From an uncultured Solirubrobacterales bacterium (lineage in GTDB: Bacteria > Actinomycetota > Thermoleophilia > Solirubrobacterales > Solirubrobacteraceae), in contig CAWDNF010000019.1 in assembly GCA_963803595.1 (NCBI GenBank), positions 23,383-87,382 on the forward strand: DNA of 64,000 nucleotides, given 5' to 3'. This document shows positions 36,501-47,921 of the stretch, one piece after another. Position 1 is the stretch's first letter; every line of letters starts with the position of its first letter. Under the pieces are notes generated by a model that saw only the letters and a list, made by a program, of their open reading frames with translations, did no database searches and had not been told where the DNA came from. Both the position numbers and the translations under genes were made by a program.

Positions 36501-37601
36501 TCCGGGCCGCCGGCTCCGGCGACATTGCACGCTTCGACGGCAACGGGCCGAAGCCGGATCCGCAGGCGGGGCGGCCGAGGCAGTTCGGCTTCGCCGCGCC
36601 TGATTTCGGGCATCGCGCGGTAGACCACGACGGTCTCGGAGGGAGGGCACCGTCGCTCGCCCCGCCGGCGCTCAGGCCCGGTGTAGCTGTCGGCCACAGA
36701 GCTCGCGCTTCGTCGTTCGAGCTGGCGGCGGTCCTGCCCGGCCGGCATCCAACCTGGCGATCCGGGCGCCGGCAGCTCGACGGCGACCAGCCTCAATCTC
36801 CTGTCCGGCGGCCGGTGCCGGCGCTGCCTGCCCAGGGCGCTCGTCGAGGATCGTCTTCAACACCCGCTTCCCATCGGCAAAGGCATTCAAGTTGGATTTC
36901 CCGTGCTGGCGCGGGAGCTCGAAGCTCGGGACCTCGCGAATCTCAAGCCCGGCCCGGACTGCGCGCAGCACGAGCTGGGTCTCGATCTCGAACCCGTCCG
37001 CCGTCAGCCCGAGCGCGTCGAGGTCACGGCGCCAGAAGGCGCAGTAGCCGTAGCACAGGTCTGTGAACCGACAGCCGTAGATGAAGTTGACGAGGGACAC
37101 GAAGCCCCGGTTGCCCGCACGGCGCAGCGCCGAGAAGTCGTCCGAGCCGCCGTCACTCAGGTGCCGCGAGCCCTTGACGAACTCGGCGCCGTCCACCAGC
37201 GCGTCGATGAACCGCTCCATCTCCGCCGGGTGGGTGCTTGCATCGGCGTCGAGCATCACGATGATGTCGCCGGTAGCGGCGGCGAATCCGGCACGCACGG
37301 CGGCCCCCTTCCCGGGGCGGGGCTGGTGGATCACGATCACGTCGTGGCGCACCCCGCGCGCAATCAGTTCGGTGAGGTCGGTCGAGAGCCCATCGACAAG
37401 CACGACCTGGGAGACCCAGGAGGGAAGCTTGTCAAGCACCCATTGGAGGCTCGGTGCCTCATTGAGGGTTGGGATCACCACGCTGACGGACGGCCGGGAG
37501 GCGACCAGGCGGGGTCTCCAGCCAGCCGCCCGGGCGCTGACGGCCTCCGTCGCGGTCACCGTCGTCAGCACTGGCGCGCTGCGGACTGCCTCATTGGGCA
37601 A
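36458..37601 (-). CDS. DPM1-like GT2, paralogue of 30554-31708 (frameshift near 36795)
   Basis: VVIPTLNEA, DADAS, KGSR, TDLCYGY; tail DRRQLERR..YTGPERRR in ORF 36458-36796. Confidence 0.85.
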
Positions 37602-37703
37602 GACTCGCCCCCCGGGGCCTCAACCAGCATCCCAAAAGCACGTGGAGATCTCCCTGCCAAGCTTCCTCGTTGGATGATCGAGGAGCTACCCGAATCGCGC
37701 CCG

Positions 37704-37732
37704 AGCATAACGCCAGAATTCGGTGCCTGCAA
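37704..37732 (-). promoter_or_regulatory. Putative sigma70 promoter for the GT2 ending at 36458
   Basis: Minus strand TTGCAG-17 bp-TATGCT. Confidence 0.5.
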
Positions 37733-38524
37733 ATGGCTACCTTGAGCGTGGGAGCTCGGCTGACGCAGGCGCTCGAGCCGTCGCGACGCAAACTGCTGCT
37801 TGTCGCGGCGGCGCTGGCGATCCTCGACTGGGGCGCCGAACGCGCCGGGGGCTCGACGTTCCCTGGCGGACCCCTCGACGAGTCGGCCCACCTGCTGACG
37901 GTCTTGCTCGTCTCCTTTGCCCTCGGTCCCTCACCACGCGCCCGCGCGGTCAGGGCACGCCTCCTTCTCCCAGCCCTCGTGGCCGCCGTCGCCATCGATC
38001 TCGACCACGTACCCGCCCTGGCCGGGTCGCAGTGGCTGACCGCTGGCACACCGCGTCCTTACACCCACTCACTGGTCCTGGTCGCTGCTCTGCTGGTAGC
38101 TGCCGGACTGGTGCGGGCCGCGAGGCCCCGGTTCCGCCGCGGGCCCGACCTCCTGCTGGGCCGCGCCAGGAATCGTCTCTTCCGCCGCGGGCCCGACCTG
38201 CTGCTGGGCCGCGCCAGGAATCGTGTCTTCCGCCGCGGGCCGGACCTGCTCCTGGGCTTCGCCGCCGGCGTCACGATCCACCTCTTCCGCGACCTCGGCG
38301 AGCCGGGCAGCGGCGTGGCGCTGGTGTGGCCGATTTCCTATCGGAGCCTCAGCTTCCCCCACCTCGCCTACCTGTTGACGATGCTCGGCCTGCTCTTGGC
38401 AGGGCTGTGGCGGACGCGTCCGGTCGAACGTCAGTACGAGGATTGCAGCAGCGACATCATCGTCGAGGCGCTGCCGCCGCCGACCGGCGAGCCGCTCGAG
38501 TCGGCAAACCCGATTTCGAGATGA
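37733..38524 (+). CDS. YdjM-like membrane-bound metal-dependent hydrolase
   Basis: DESAH, DLDH, RPYTHS, HLFRD, GVALVWP motifs between TM helices. Confidence 0.75.
   Translation: MATLSVGARLTQALEPSRRKLLLVAAALAILDWGAERAGGSTFPGGPLDESAHLLTVLLVSFALGPSPRARAVRARLLLPALVAAVAIDLDHVPALAGSQWLTAGTPRPYTHSLVLVAALLVAAGLVRAARPRFRRGPDLLLGRARNRLFRRGPDLLLGRARNRVFRRGPDLLLGFAAGVTIHLFRDLGEPGSGVALVWPISYRSLSFPHLAYLLTMLGLLLAGLWRTRPVERQYEDCSSDIIVEALPPPTGEPLESANPISR
38132..38257 (+). repeat. In-frame 48-bp tandem repeat, about 2.6 copies (FRRGPDLLLGRARNRx)
   Basis: Units start at 38132, 38180 and 38228. Confidence 0.9.
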
Positions 38525-39666
38525 GGGCCAGTCGAGATGCCCACGATCCCGGGCCCCACTGAGCTCATCACCTGGCCGGCGCCGACGTGGCTGCCTACAG
38601 GCAGCTGGTCTGCCGGACCGGCATGTCCGTAGTAGACGTAGCTGTAGCCGTCGATCGCGCCGTCGCAGTGGAGTACTGGGGCCCACGGGCCGAAGCCGCC
38701 GATCCCGTGCAGCACGATCGTGCCCGAGCAGACCGCGTACTCGGGCGTGTCACCCGGGGCGGAGATGTCGACGCCCTGGTCCTCTGACCAGGACCCCGGC
38801 GCAGACGCCGCGCTCTTCGGCAACGGGAACGTGAAGCCTCCGGCGCTCACCGGTGCTGAGAAGCCTTGGGCCGGTGCCGATGGAGCGGAGGGCTGGGTGG
38901 CGCGTGCCGCGGCCTGGGCCTGGGCGAGCTGGCCCTGGAGGCTTGCCACCTGACCGCGGATGCGGTCTAGCTGTCCGGCCTTGGCACCGCGCTGTTCGAG
39001 CACGCCGATCCGCTGCCGGAGCAGCGCCGCCTGCGAGTTGGCGAGGCTGTTGCGCTCGTTCAGCACCTGCGTGGCCAGTGCCTGCTGGCGTACCTCGAGC
39101 GCGCCGAGGCGTATCGCCTGAGCGGCGACCGCCCGCCTCGCTCTCCTCACGCTGCGGATGATCTTGGCGTCCTGTTTTTGGATCCGCTGTGCAAACTGGA
39201 TCCGCTCGAGCAGGTCCTGGAAACCATTGGCCTCGAGGATCACGCTTACCAGGTCGGGTCGGCCGGTTTCGTACGCGTTGAGCAGCTGCTTGGAGAGCGC
39301 CCCCTCGGCCTTGGCCTGGAATGCCTCGAGTTGCTGGAGCTTGGCCCGGGCGGTGATCAGCGCCGTTTGGAGCCGCAGCAGTTCGGCTCGTTTGGCGTTG
39401 AGATCGGCTTGCAGCGCAGAGATCCGCTTCTGAAGCGCGTCGATCCCGCCATTCAGGCGACCTAACTGGCCGTTGGCCGCTTGGACCTGGCCCGCCAGCG
39501 AGTTGATCTGGCTCTGGCCCGCGTTGATCTGCTGCTGGAGCCGGCCGACGTCGACCGCCCGAGCGGCCGGCGAGACGGACAGGGCCAGCACGGCAGCCAG
39601 CGCCGCGATCAGGCATGCCGCGAGCGCGGTTGCTGCAAGAGATGTTCGCCGTCGAGCTCTGAGCAT
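38431..39666 (-). CDS. Secreted coiled-coil plus M23/LytM-domain protein (EnvC-like)
   Basis: Signal peptide, long Gln/Ala/Leu coiled coil, C-terminal DQGVD..YYGH..TGPHLE. Confidence 0.8.
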   Translation of the reverse strand: MLRARRRTSLAATALAACLIAALAAVLALSVSPAARAVDVGRLQQQINAGQSQINSLAGQVQAANGQLGRLNGGIDALQKRISALQADLNAKRAELLRLQTALITARAKLQQLEAFQAKAEGALSKQLLNAYETGRPDLVSVILEANGFQDLLERIQFAQRIQKQDAKIIRSVRRARRAVAAQAIRLGALEVRQQALATQVLNERNSLANSQAALLRQRIGVLEQRGAKAGQLDRIRGQVASLQGQLAQAQAAARATQPSAPSAPAQGFSAPVSAGGFTFPLPKSAASAPGSWSEDQGVDISAPGDTPEYAVCSGTIVLHGIGGFGPWAPVLHCDGAIDGYSYVYYGHAGPADQLPVGSHVGAGQVMSSVGPGIVGISTGPHLEIGFADSSGSPVGGGSASTMMSLLQSSY

Positions 39667-39808
39667 GAGCATTCCACGGGGCGCCGGAATCCCGCGGCGC
39701 CGCATTTCCCCTGCAATCCGCAGGGTGGGCGCGCCGCAAGGTAACAGGAACCGCGGTTGCATGGCCCCAGCCCCCGCAGTTGCAAGCGATTGTGCAAGGG
39801 ACGCGCCC

Positions 39809-39872
39809 CGCCGGCGCAAGTTCTCACCCCCGCCGGCGTAACGCCGGCGCAAGTTCTCACCCCCGCCGGCGT
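39809..39872. repeat. Two identical 31-bp direct repeats (period 33) in a divergent intergenic region
   Basis: CGCCGGCGCAAGTTCTCACCCCCGCCGGCGT at 39809 and 39842. Confidence 0.9.
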
Positions 39873-39882
39873 TACAAAGGTG

Positions 39883-42249
39883 ATGCGGCGCAGCCTCGTC
39901 GTCGTCGTCGTGCTCCTCGTCGCCCCCTCAGCGGCGGCGGCCCTCCCTGTTCAGGGCGTCACGCTCCCGGTGTTCCGCACCGAGGTTCCGGCCGGTACCG
40001 GATCGCTCGTGGAGCTGCCCCCGGCCCACGATCCCCCGCGGCACCTCGATGGCAACGTCGCCCGGTGGCGCGGAGCGCTTCCGGGCTTCGGGGGCACCGA
40101 GATGTACTCGCGCGGCGAGCTCGTCTACGAGGACTACATCTTCGACGCCTACGGCCCCGCCGACCGGTACGAAGCGACGCGGATGTCGGTGATGGATCCG
40201 CTGACCGCGGCCGTCCCCGACTTCTATCGCCTCGATCCCGCTTACCAGTACGTCCCTAATGAGTTCGGGATACCCACCGGCCCACTCCAGACGGGCACGA
40301 ACTACGGCAAGGATCCGCTCGAGTCCCAAGCCGACCTCTCCCAGGTGCGGCTTGGCACAGATGCAGAGCGCAACCTGTGGCTGCTGGCCCGCACGACGAC
40401 GATGGACGACAAGCATCCGGCCACGGCGCTGATCGTGCTGCTCGACACTCGCCCCGGATCGACCACCTACAAGGTTCCCTTCAACAGCGGCCTGACGACC
40501 ACCCGCGGCGACGTCGCGGTGTTCCTGCACGGCAGCTACGGCGCCTGGCTCGACCTTGCTCGGCCCGCATGACCTGCACACCCTCCCGCCCGGCTCGGTC
40601 ATCACCAACGCGGCCGGCTACATCAATGCGATCGAGGCGCGGCTGCCGGCCGAGCTGCTCGAGGGCAGCACGCACCGAGTCGGGGTAGCCATGGCGGCCG
40701 GCCTGGCCGACCGCGTCCGGCAGGCAACTGGCCACGCTTCCGCTCCAGCCCAACATCGCCAACGTGGCGTTCAGGACGGAGCGAGCCGGCCCGCGACTGG
40801 TTCGACAAGGACCAGGGCCTGGAGCTCTACAAGGGGACGATCGATGAGTTCTTCACCACAGCCGACCTTGACCGGATGGAGGCCGGCGCCAACCAGCGCT
40901 ACCTGCCCGGACCGGGCTACCACGAGCGGGTGTTCACCTCGACGTCCGACATCTCGCAGGAGAGCGGCGACCAACGGGATCCTCCAGTACTACGGCGTCT
41001 ATCTGCCCTCGGACTACGACCCGCATCGCGCGACGCCGACGCAGTACTGGTTCCACTTCCGCGGAGGAAGCGGCAACGTCGCCGCCGCCGTCGTCCCCGG
41101 CGTGATCTGGGACATGGGCGAGCACGAGGACTCGATCGTGGTCACGCCGGACGGGCGGGGCCAGCAGGGCTGGTATGTCGGCCAGAGCCAGAAGGACATA
41201 CTCCAGGTGTGGGCGGACTCGCATCGCCTGTTCCCGATCGACCCCAACCGGACTTACATCGCCGGCCACTCGATGGGAGGCTGGGCCTCCTACCTGCTGC
41301 CGATCGAGCACCCCGACTGGTTCGCCGCCGCCTTCCCGGCCTCGGGAGCGGTCACGCAGGGCGCCTACACGGCGGCTCCCGGCTGCAGCGCGAATACGCC
41401 CGACAGCAACGGCGCCTGCTGGATCGACGCCAACGGCGGCAATGCCCAGGACGAGTACACAGAGCCCTTGCTCGACAACCTCGAGTGGGTGCCCTACGTC
41501 CATCTACCAGGGCACCAACGACGAGCTCGTCCCGACCACCGGTGTGACCGTGAACGTCGAGCGCCTCCAGCAGCTCGGCTACCGCTACCGCTACTACCTG
41601 TTCCCCGGCCAGGAGCACTACGGCCCCCCGATCGTCGATCAGTGGATCGAAGGCGCCGACTACGAGCATCAGTTCGTCCGCAACCCCAACCCGCCCGAGT
41701 TCACCTACGTCCGCAGCATGGTGTTCGAGCACGCCATCGAGACCGTGAACTCGAACGGCGTGCGCCTCAGCTTCCCGCTGGACCACGCGTACTGGATGTC
41801 GGGGCTCGAGCCCGGTCGACCCGGTCAAGGGCGTGGCGCGATTCCAGGGGCGCTCGCTGGCGATCCCCGACCTCGCCGCACACGCTCGTGCCGGAGACCG
41901 GCCCGCCGGCCACCGCGAACCAGAACTACCCCTACGCGATGGTCGGTCAGGCCTGGAGCCCAGACATGATCGCCCTCCGCCTGAGACCAGCAACGGGTTT
42001 GCGCTCACGCTGAGCGGCGCGCGAGCCGTGACGCTCGACACCGGGCGGATGCGGCTTCAGGACTGGCGGGCGTTCACGGCCAGGTAAGCGCCAGATGCGC
42101 ACGCTAACCCTGACCTTGACCGGGCCGCTGGCCACGAGGGCTGCGGGCGTCGATCGACGGCGCGCCGGCCAGCGTCTCACGCCGCCACGAGCGCGATCGT
42201 CATCACGGTGCCGGCGGGCGAGCACACGCTCGAGCCTGCAACCGCCTAA
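39883..42249 (+). CDS. Large secreted alpha/beta-hydrolase (esterase/peptidase-like), multiply frameshifted
   Basis: Signal peptide, YGVYLP, GHSMGG nucleophile, [12 protein letters not shown] spread over several frames; end approximate. Confidence 0.65.
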
Positions 42250-43046
42250 GCCCGCGAGACCACCGTGTAATGCAGGTCGCGGGGCGCTCCTGGCGCCTTC
42301 AGCCGCTTGGCCCGGGCGGTCTTGAGGCCGTCGAGCTCGACCTGCGCGAGTGCGGTGTCGGAGAGCACGACCTGGTCGCGCCTTGGCCGCGTCGGCCACA
42401 CGAGCCGCGATGTTGACATCGACGCCCAGGTAGTCGCCGCCCAGCCTCCGCGGCCGCCCCCAATGGATGCCGGCGCGCATCCGCGGCCGGTGGCCGGCGA
42501 CCTCGATGCTCGCCAGCGCATCCTGGGCCTCGAGCGCCGCGTCGAGTGCATCCTGGGCGCTCAGGAAAGTGGCCATCACGCCGTCGCCGAGCCGTTTGAC
42601 GATCCGCCCGCGGTGGTTCTCGATCGCAGTCTCGACCGCAGTAGCCGACCTCGCGCAGAAGCTCGACCGCCGCCGCGTCGCCGGCCTCCAGCGCCCACGA
42701 GGAGAACCCGACCAGGTCGGTGAACAGCAGCGCGAAGGGCTCGGTCGCCCCGTCCCTCGGCCCGTCGCCTCGGATAGCGACTGCCAGATCTGGAGTCCCG
42801 CCAGCCCAAGCTCCTTGGACACGCTCTCGCGCTCCGGCTGAAGCGCCGAGACGCCCGCGGGCGATCACCTGCACCGGCGCGCACGCCCGCGGTCGAGAGG
42901 GGATCGCCGAAGCGCTCGTCGCCGGGGAGCGCGCGCCGCAGCCGGCGGGCGAAGGCGAGCAGGCGGGGCTGGGTGTCCGCGCGGATCGCGCGCTCGCGGA
43001 CGCGCGCCAGCCGCTTCGCTGCGTGCTCCGTCGGTTCCTCGATCAC
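42246..43046 (-). CDS. Class III adenylate cyclase domain protein (frameshifted)
   Basis: [32 protein letters not shown]. Confidence 0.8.
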
Positions 43047-43119
43047 GCTGCAAGGGTACTTTTGCGCCGTGGACGCGGTTACGCGACGCGCCGCTCGAGG
43101 CGCCCGTGCTGGAGAGTCG

Positions 43120-43606
43120 GTGATCGCGCCGGTGGACGATCGAGGGTCTGCCGGCCGAGATCCAGGCGCTCGGGCGCACGCTGGAAGCGCAAGGTGGAGT
43201 TCCACATGACCGTGCTGGCGGCGGCGGTGATCGAGGAGGTCGGCATGTGACGTGGGGCTGCGGTGGCGCCCGCGTCCTGCGTGGACGGCCGCGTCGGGCC
43301 CGATCACCGTCACGCCGCGAGGTCCGCCGCGTCCGCCATCCGGACAGAGCCCGAGCTCGAGACGATCGTGGTGATGGTGGACTGCCCGGCGCTTGGCCCG
43401 CTGTACGACGAGCTCTCCGCGCGAGTTCGGGTCGAAGCTCGCCCGCCTCCCGCGCATGTGACCCTCTACTCGACCGACCCGGAGCAGGGATCGGGATCAG
43501 CGACGAGGAGCAGCTGCGCGAGCGGGCGCCGGCGCTCGGCAAGGCGGAACAGGAGGAGGTGCGGCGGGCGATGGGTTTCGACGCGGTGTTCGGCGCCGAA
43601 ACGTGA
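43120..43606 (+). CDS. 2H phosphoesterase (2'-5' RNA ligase-like), frameshifted
   Basis: Two HxT motifs, FHMTV and AHVTL, in different frames; ends approximate. Confidence 0.5.
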
Positions 43607-43610
43607 GGAG

Positions 43611-43693
43611 TGGCGGGACCAGGATTCGAACCTGGGAAGGCAGAGCCAACTGCGTTTACAGCGCATCCCCTTTGACCGCTCGGGAATCCCGCC
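43611..43693 (-). tRNA. tRNA-Tyr(GTA)
   Basis: Acceptor GGCGGGA/TCCCGCC-A, anticodon loop CTGTAAA, long variable arm, GTTCGAATC T-loop; CCA not encoded. Confidence 0.95.
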
Positions 43694-44052
43694 GGGAGCG
43701 CGGCGAGTCTAGCTACCGCACCGAGCAGCCCGCGAAGTCACACGGGTCGCGCGACGCGCGACCGCGGGTCGCGATTGCACCGCCGAGAAGGAAAACGTGA
43801 CGCGGCTCTAGCCGGCCAGGCCAGCTGTGGCCACGTTTCAGGCGAGGGATGAGCGCTGGGTGAGCGTCGAGGCCGGTGAGCGCGAGGCGAGCGTCGAGGG
43901 CGAGCGCGGGGTGTGGCGCGGGGCGAGGGCGCGGGGTGAGGTGGCGAAGGGTGAGCCGGGCGTGCGGCGCGGGGTGCCGGGCGCGGGTGAGGGGCAGGGG
44001 TTGCGCCGGCGCACGGTCGAGGCCGCGCCCGGCCGCGCCTCCGCGCGCCCCG

Positions 44053-45201
44053 CTAGCCCGCGTCGCGCAGCCGCTGCGCCTCGGGCAGCGCCTCGAGCTT
44101 CTTCAGCGTGTGGTTCTCGATCTGGCGGATGCGCTCGCGGGTGACGTTGAACGCGCGGCCCGACCTCTTCGAGCGTGTAGGGACGCTCGCCGGTCAGACC
44201 GAACCGCATCTCGATCACCTCGCGCTCGCGTGCGGGCAGCGCGTTCAGCGCGCGGCGCAGGTTCTCGCGACGCAGATGCTCGGAGGCGAGCTCGAACGGC
44301 GACTCGGCCGTCTGGTCCTCGACGAAGTCGCCGAGCTCGGAGTCCTCCTCCTCGCCGATCGGCTTCTCCAGCGAGATCGGCTGCTGGGCCATCCGCAGGA
44401 CGTCGCGCACCTCGCGCACCGTGGTCTCGAGCTCGGCGGCGATCTCGTCCGGCGTCGGCTCGCGCCCCAGCTGCTGCACCAGCTGGCGCTCGACGTGCAC
44501 GACCTTGTTGAGCTTCTCGACCATGTGCACGGGGATCCGGATCGTCCGGCCCTTGTCGGCGATCGCGCGCGTCACCGCCTGGCGGATCCACCAGGTCGCA
44601 TAGGTCGAGAACTTGTAGCCGCGGCGGTAGTCGAACTTCTCCACCGCGCGGATCAGGCCCATCGAGCCCTCCTGGATCAGGTCCAGGAAGGTCAGCCCGC
44701 GGCCAAGGTAGGACTTGGCGATCGAGACGACCAGGCGCAGGTTCGCCTCGATCATCTGCTGCTTGGCCGCCATGTCGCCGCGCTCGATGCGCCGCGCCAG
44801 CTGAACCTCCTGCTCGGCGGTCAGCAGGTTGACCCGCCCGATCGAGCGCAGGTACAGGCGCAGCGAATCCAGCGACGGCTCGACCGTGAGGTCGACCTCC
44901 AGCTTCTTGCGCTGATCGGGCGCTGGCTCGGCGCGCCTCCGCGTCGGCCCGCTCGACCGTCCCGTTCTCGGACTTCGCCGGGCGGCCGTCGGCCTCGACG
45001 ACCTCGATCCCCGCCTCGTCGAGATAGGCATGCAGCTCCTGGAGCTGCTCCTTGGTGACCTCGACCTCCTCGAGACAGGCCTCGATCTCCGCGAAGGTCA
45101 GAAAGCCGCGCTCCTGACCGGTCGGCGATCAGCTGACGAAACTCGTCGAGCTCCACGATCGGAGCTTCGTCGGAAAGAAGAACTATTCCCTCATCGCTCA
45201 C
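44053..45201 (-). CDS. rpoD: RNA polymerase primary sigma70 factor (frameshifted in this sequence)
   Basis: Region 1.1 ([10 protein letters not shown]), [45 protein letters not shown]. Confidence 0.88.
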
Positions 45202-45375
45202 GGCCCCTGAGCTCCTCCCCAGACGCACCCGCGTCGCCGGCCGACGACGCCCTCTCTCTCCACTCTCGATTGATACCACAGAGCCGGGGTTTTTCCAGGC
45301 CAAGCGACCCGCGCGGGTCAGCCGCCGAAACCGCCGGCAACGCTGCGACCGCCTCTACCCTTGGATGCTGATCCA

Positions 45376-46375
45376 TGCCCGCTGAGCACCGCTCCTCATC
45401 CCCACCGTCGACGTCCAAGCGCAATCGCCGTCGGTGGCGCTCAGCCTCTCGCGCGCCGGTGTGACCGGCGTCGAGAAGGTGATCCGGCTCAACCACAACG
45501 GCACCGAGCAGCTGTTCTCGGCGCGCTTCGAATGCGTCGTCGAGCTCGGCGCCGACCAGAAGGGCGCACACATGTCGCGCTTCGAGGAGGTGGTCAACGA
45601 GGCGATCGGGCAGGTGGTGCTGGGCGAGACGGCGTTCAAGGCCGAGACGCTGGCCGAGCACATCGCGCAGCTGGTGCGCGAGCGCCAGCATGCCCGCCGC
45701 GCCGAGGTGACGGTCGAGGCGCGCTTCCCCGAGCACAAGCCCGCTCCGGTCTCGGGCGTGCAGACCCAGGAGCTCTACACGCTCCACGGCTCGGCGATCT
45801 GCACCGCGCTCGGCACCCGCCGCCTCATCGGCGTCACCGCCCAGGGCATGACCGCCTGCCCGTGCGCGCAGGAGCTGGTCGCGGGTCAGCGCGTCGCGCG
45901 ACTGGCCGAGCAGGGATTCGACGAGATGAGATCGAGCGGATCCTCGACGGCCGTGCCGGTCGCGACCCACAACCAGCGCGGCCTCGGCACGCTGCACATC
46001 GGCTGCACCGAGCTGTGCGATGACGAGATCGACGCGGCGACGCTGCTCGAGATCGTCGAGCAGTCGATGTCCTCGGAGATCTACGAGCTGATGAAGCGCT
46101 CGGACGAGGCGCACGTCGTCGAGAAGGCGCACCGCCGCCCGCGCTTCGTCGAGGACTGCGTGCGCGAGATGATCCGCGGCGTGGTCGAGCGCTTCCCGAG
46201 CCTGGACGATCGCGCATTCGTCTCGCGCCCGGCAGGTCAACCTGGAGACGATCCATCAGCACAACGTGGTCGCCGAGCGCTTCGGCACGCTCGGCGAGGT
46301 CCGGCAGGAGCTCGGACGGGCGGCCGGCGCCCAGTCCACACGAGCCGCCGGGCGTGGCTGGATCAGGTTCCCTGA
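45376..46375 (+). CDS. folE2: GTP cyclohydrolase FolE2/MptA family (frameshifts near both ends)
   Basis: [33 protein letters not shown]. Confidence 0.85.
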
Positions 46376-46924
46376 TCGCCCGGCCGGGGCCCGGGCGCCG
46401 AACCCGCGCCGCAGGCCGAAGAAGTAGTCGGCGCCTGAGAGCACGGTGACCACGACCGTCACGTAGATCAGCAGCCACAGCCACAGCGGGTGGCCGTGGA
46501 CGGCGATCACGCAGATCACCATCGCGACCTGGACCGCGGTCTTGAGCTTGCCCCACAGGCTGGCCGAGATCACGACGTGCTGGCCGGCCCGACCGCGACG
46601 CGCAGGACGGTGACCGCGAACTCCCGGGCGATGATCACCATCGCCACCCAGGCCTGGAGCCGCGCCAGCGAGACCAGCGCAATCAGCGCGGCGACGATCA
46701 GCAGCTTGTCGGCGATCGGGTCCATCAGCTTGCCGAACGTCGTCACCCAGTTCCGCGAGCGGGCAAGCCAGCCGTCGATCGCAGTCGGTCAGCGAGGCGA
46801 TCGCAAACACGATCGCCGCCAGGAGGTCCCCGCCCGCCGTCTTCTCGAGCAGCGCGACCACGAGCACCGGCACGAGCAGGATCCGGACCACGGTCAGGAG
46901 ATTTGGGACGTTGAGCGGGACCAT
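46363..46924 (-). CDS. pgsA: CDP-diacylglycerol--glycerol-3-phosphate 3-phosphatidyltransferase (frameshifted)
   Basis: [15 protein letters not shown]...[19 protein letters not shown]; 3' end approximate. Confidence 0.85.
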
Positions 46925-46954
46925 CGCCAGCGCGAACGCTAGCGGCTGCGCATC

Positions 46955-47916
46955 ATGCGCGCCGCCGTGCTGGAGCAGACCGGGAGAGCCTTGCGAGTCA
47001 CGACGCTGCCCGACCCGACGCCCGCCCCGGGCCAGCTCCTGCTCCGCGTCCAGGCCTGCGCGGTGTGCCGCACCGACCTGCACCTGCGCGACGCATGAGA
47101 TCCCTGCCACCAAGCTGCCCGTCGTACTGGGCCACCAGATCGCGGCCACGACCGAGGACGGACGCCGGGTCGGCGTGCCTTGGCTGGGATGGACGGACGG
47201 CACCTGCCGCTACTGCGCCTCAGGTCGCGAGAATCTCTGTGAACAAGCCCGCTTCACCGGCCGCGACATCGACGGCGGCTTCGCCGAGCTGACCGTCGCC
47301 GACGAGCGCTACTGCTTCGTGCTCCCCGCCGGAGCTGCCTGACGAGCAGGCGGCGCCGCTCCTGTGCGGTGGGCTGATCGGCTACCGGGCGCTGCGCTTC
47401 ACCGGCGACGCCGAGCGGCTCGGCCTCTTCGGCTTCGGCTCCGCTGCCCACATGATCTGCCAGGTCGCGGTCCACCAGGGGCGGCGGGTGTTCGCCTTCA
47501 CCCGGCCGGGCGACGCGCAGACGCAGCGGTTCGCCACGGGCCTCGGCGCCGAGTGGGCGGGCGCAAGCGACCAGGTCCCACCCGAGCCAGCTCGACGCCG
47601 CGATCATCTTCGCCTCCGCCGGCGAGCTCGTTCCCCGGGCGCTGAGCGTGCTGGCGCCCGACGGTGTGGTCGTCTGCGCCGGGATCCACATGAGCGATAT
47701 CCCAACGTTTCCCTATGAGCTTCTCTGGCAGGAGCGCAAGGTCCGCTCGGTGGCCAACCTGACCCGCCAAGACGGCCAGGAGCTGCTCGCGCTCGCCACC
47801 GAGATCCCGATCAAGACGACGATCACGGCGTATGACCTCGACCATGCCGAGCAGGCGCTGGCGGACCTGCGGGCGGGCCGCTTCGAGGGCACGGCGGTCA
47901 TATCCGAATACGCTGA
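46955..47916 (+). CDS. Zinc-dependent alcohol dehydrogenase (frameshifted)
   Basis: [13 protein letters not shown]....ENLC, APLLCGG, GFG; spread over several frames. Confidence 0.8.
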
Positions 47917-47921
47917 AGACC

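Noticed and set aside
39809-39872. Mini CRISPR array
   Set aside because: Only two units separated by 2 bp, no spacers and no cas genes.
39670-39880. c-di-AMP (ydaO) riboswitch upstream of the cell-wall M23 gene
   Set aside because: Expected conserved segments (GCCGAATCC, GGAACC, GTCAGCTAAC) were not found on the minus strand.
43611-43693. tRNA-Tyr as integration site of a genomic island carrying the glycan locus
   Set aside because: No integrase, no duplicated tRNA 3' end noticed, and no evident compositional break.
44053-45201. rpoD as a true pseudogene
   Set aside because: All conserved regions are intact at the amino-acid level; only scattered single-base indels interrupt it.
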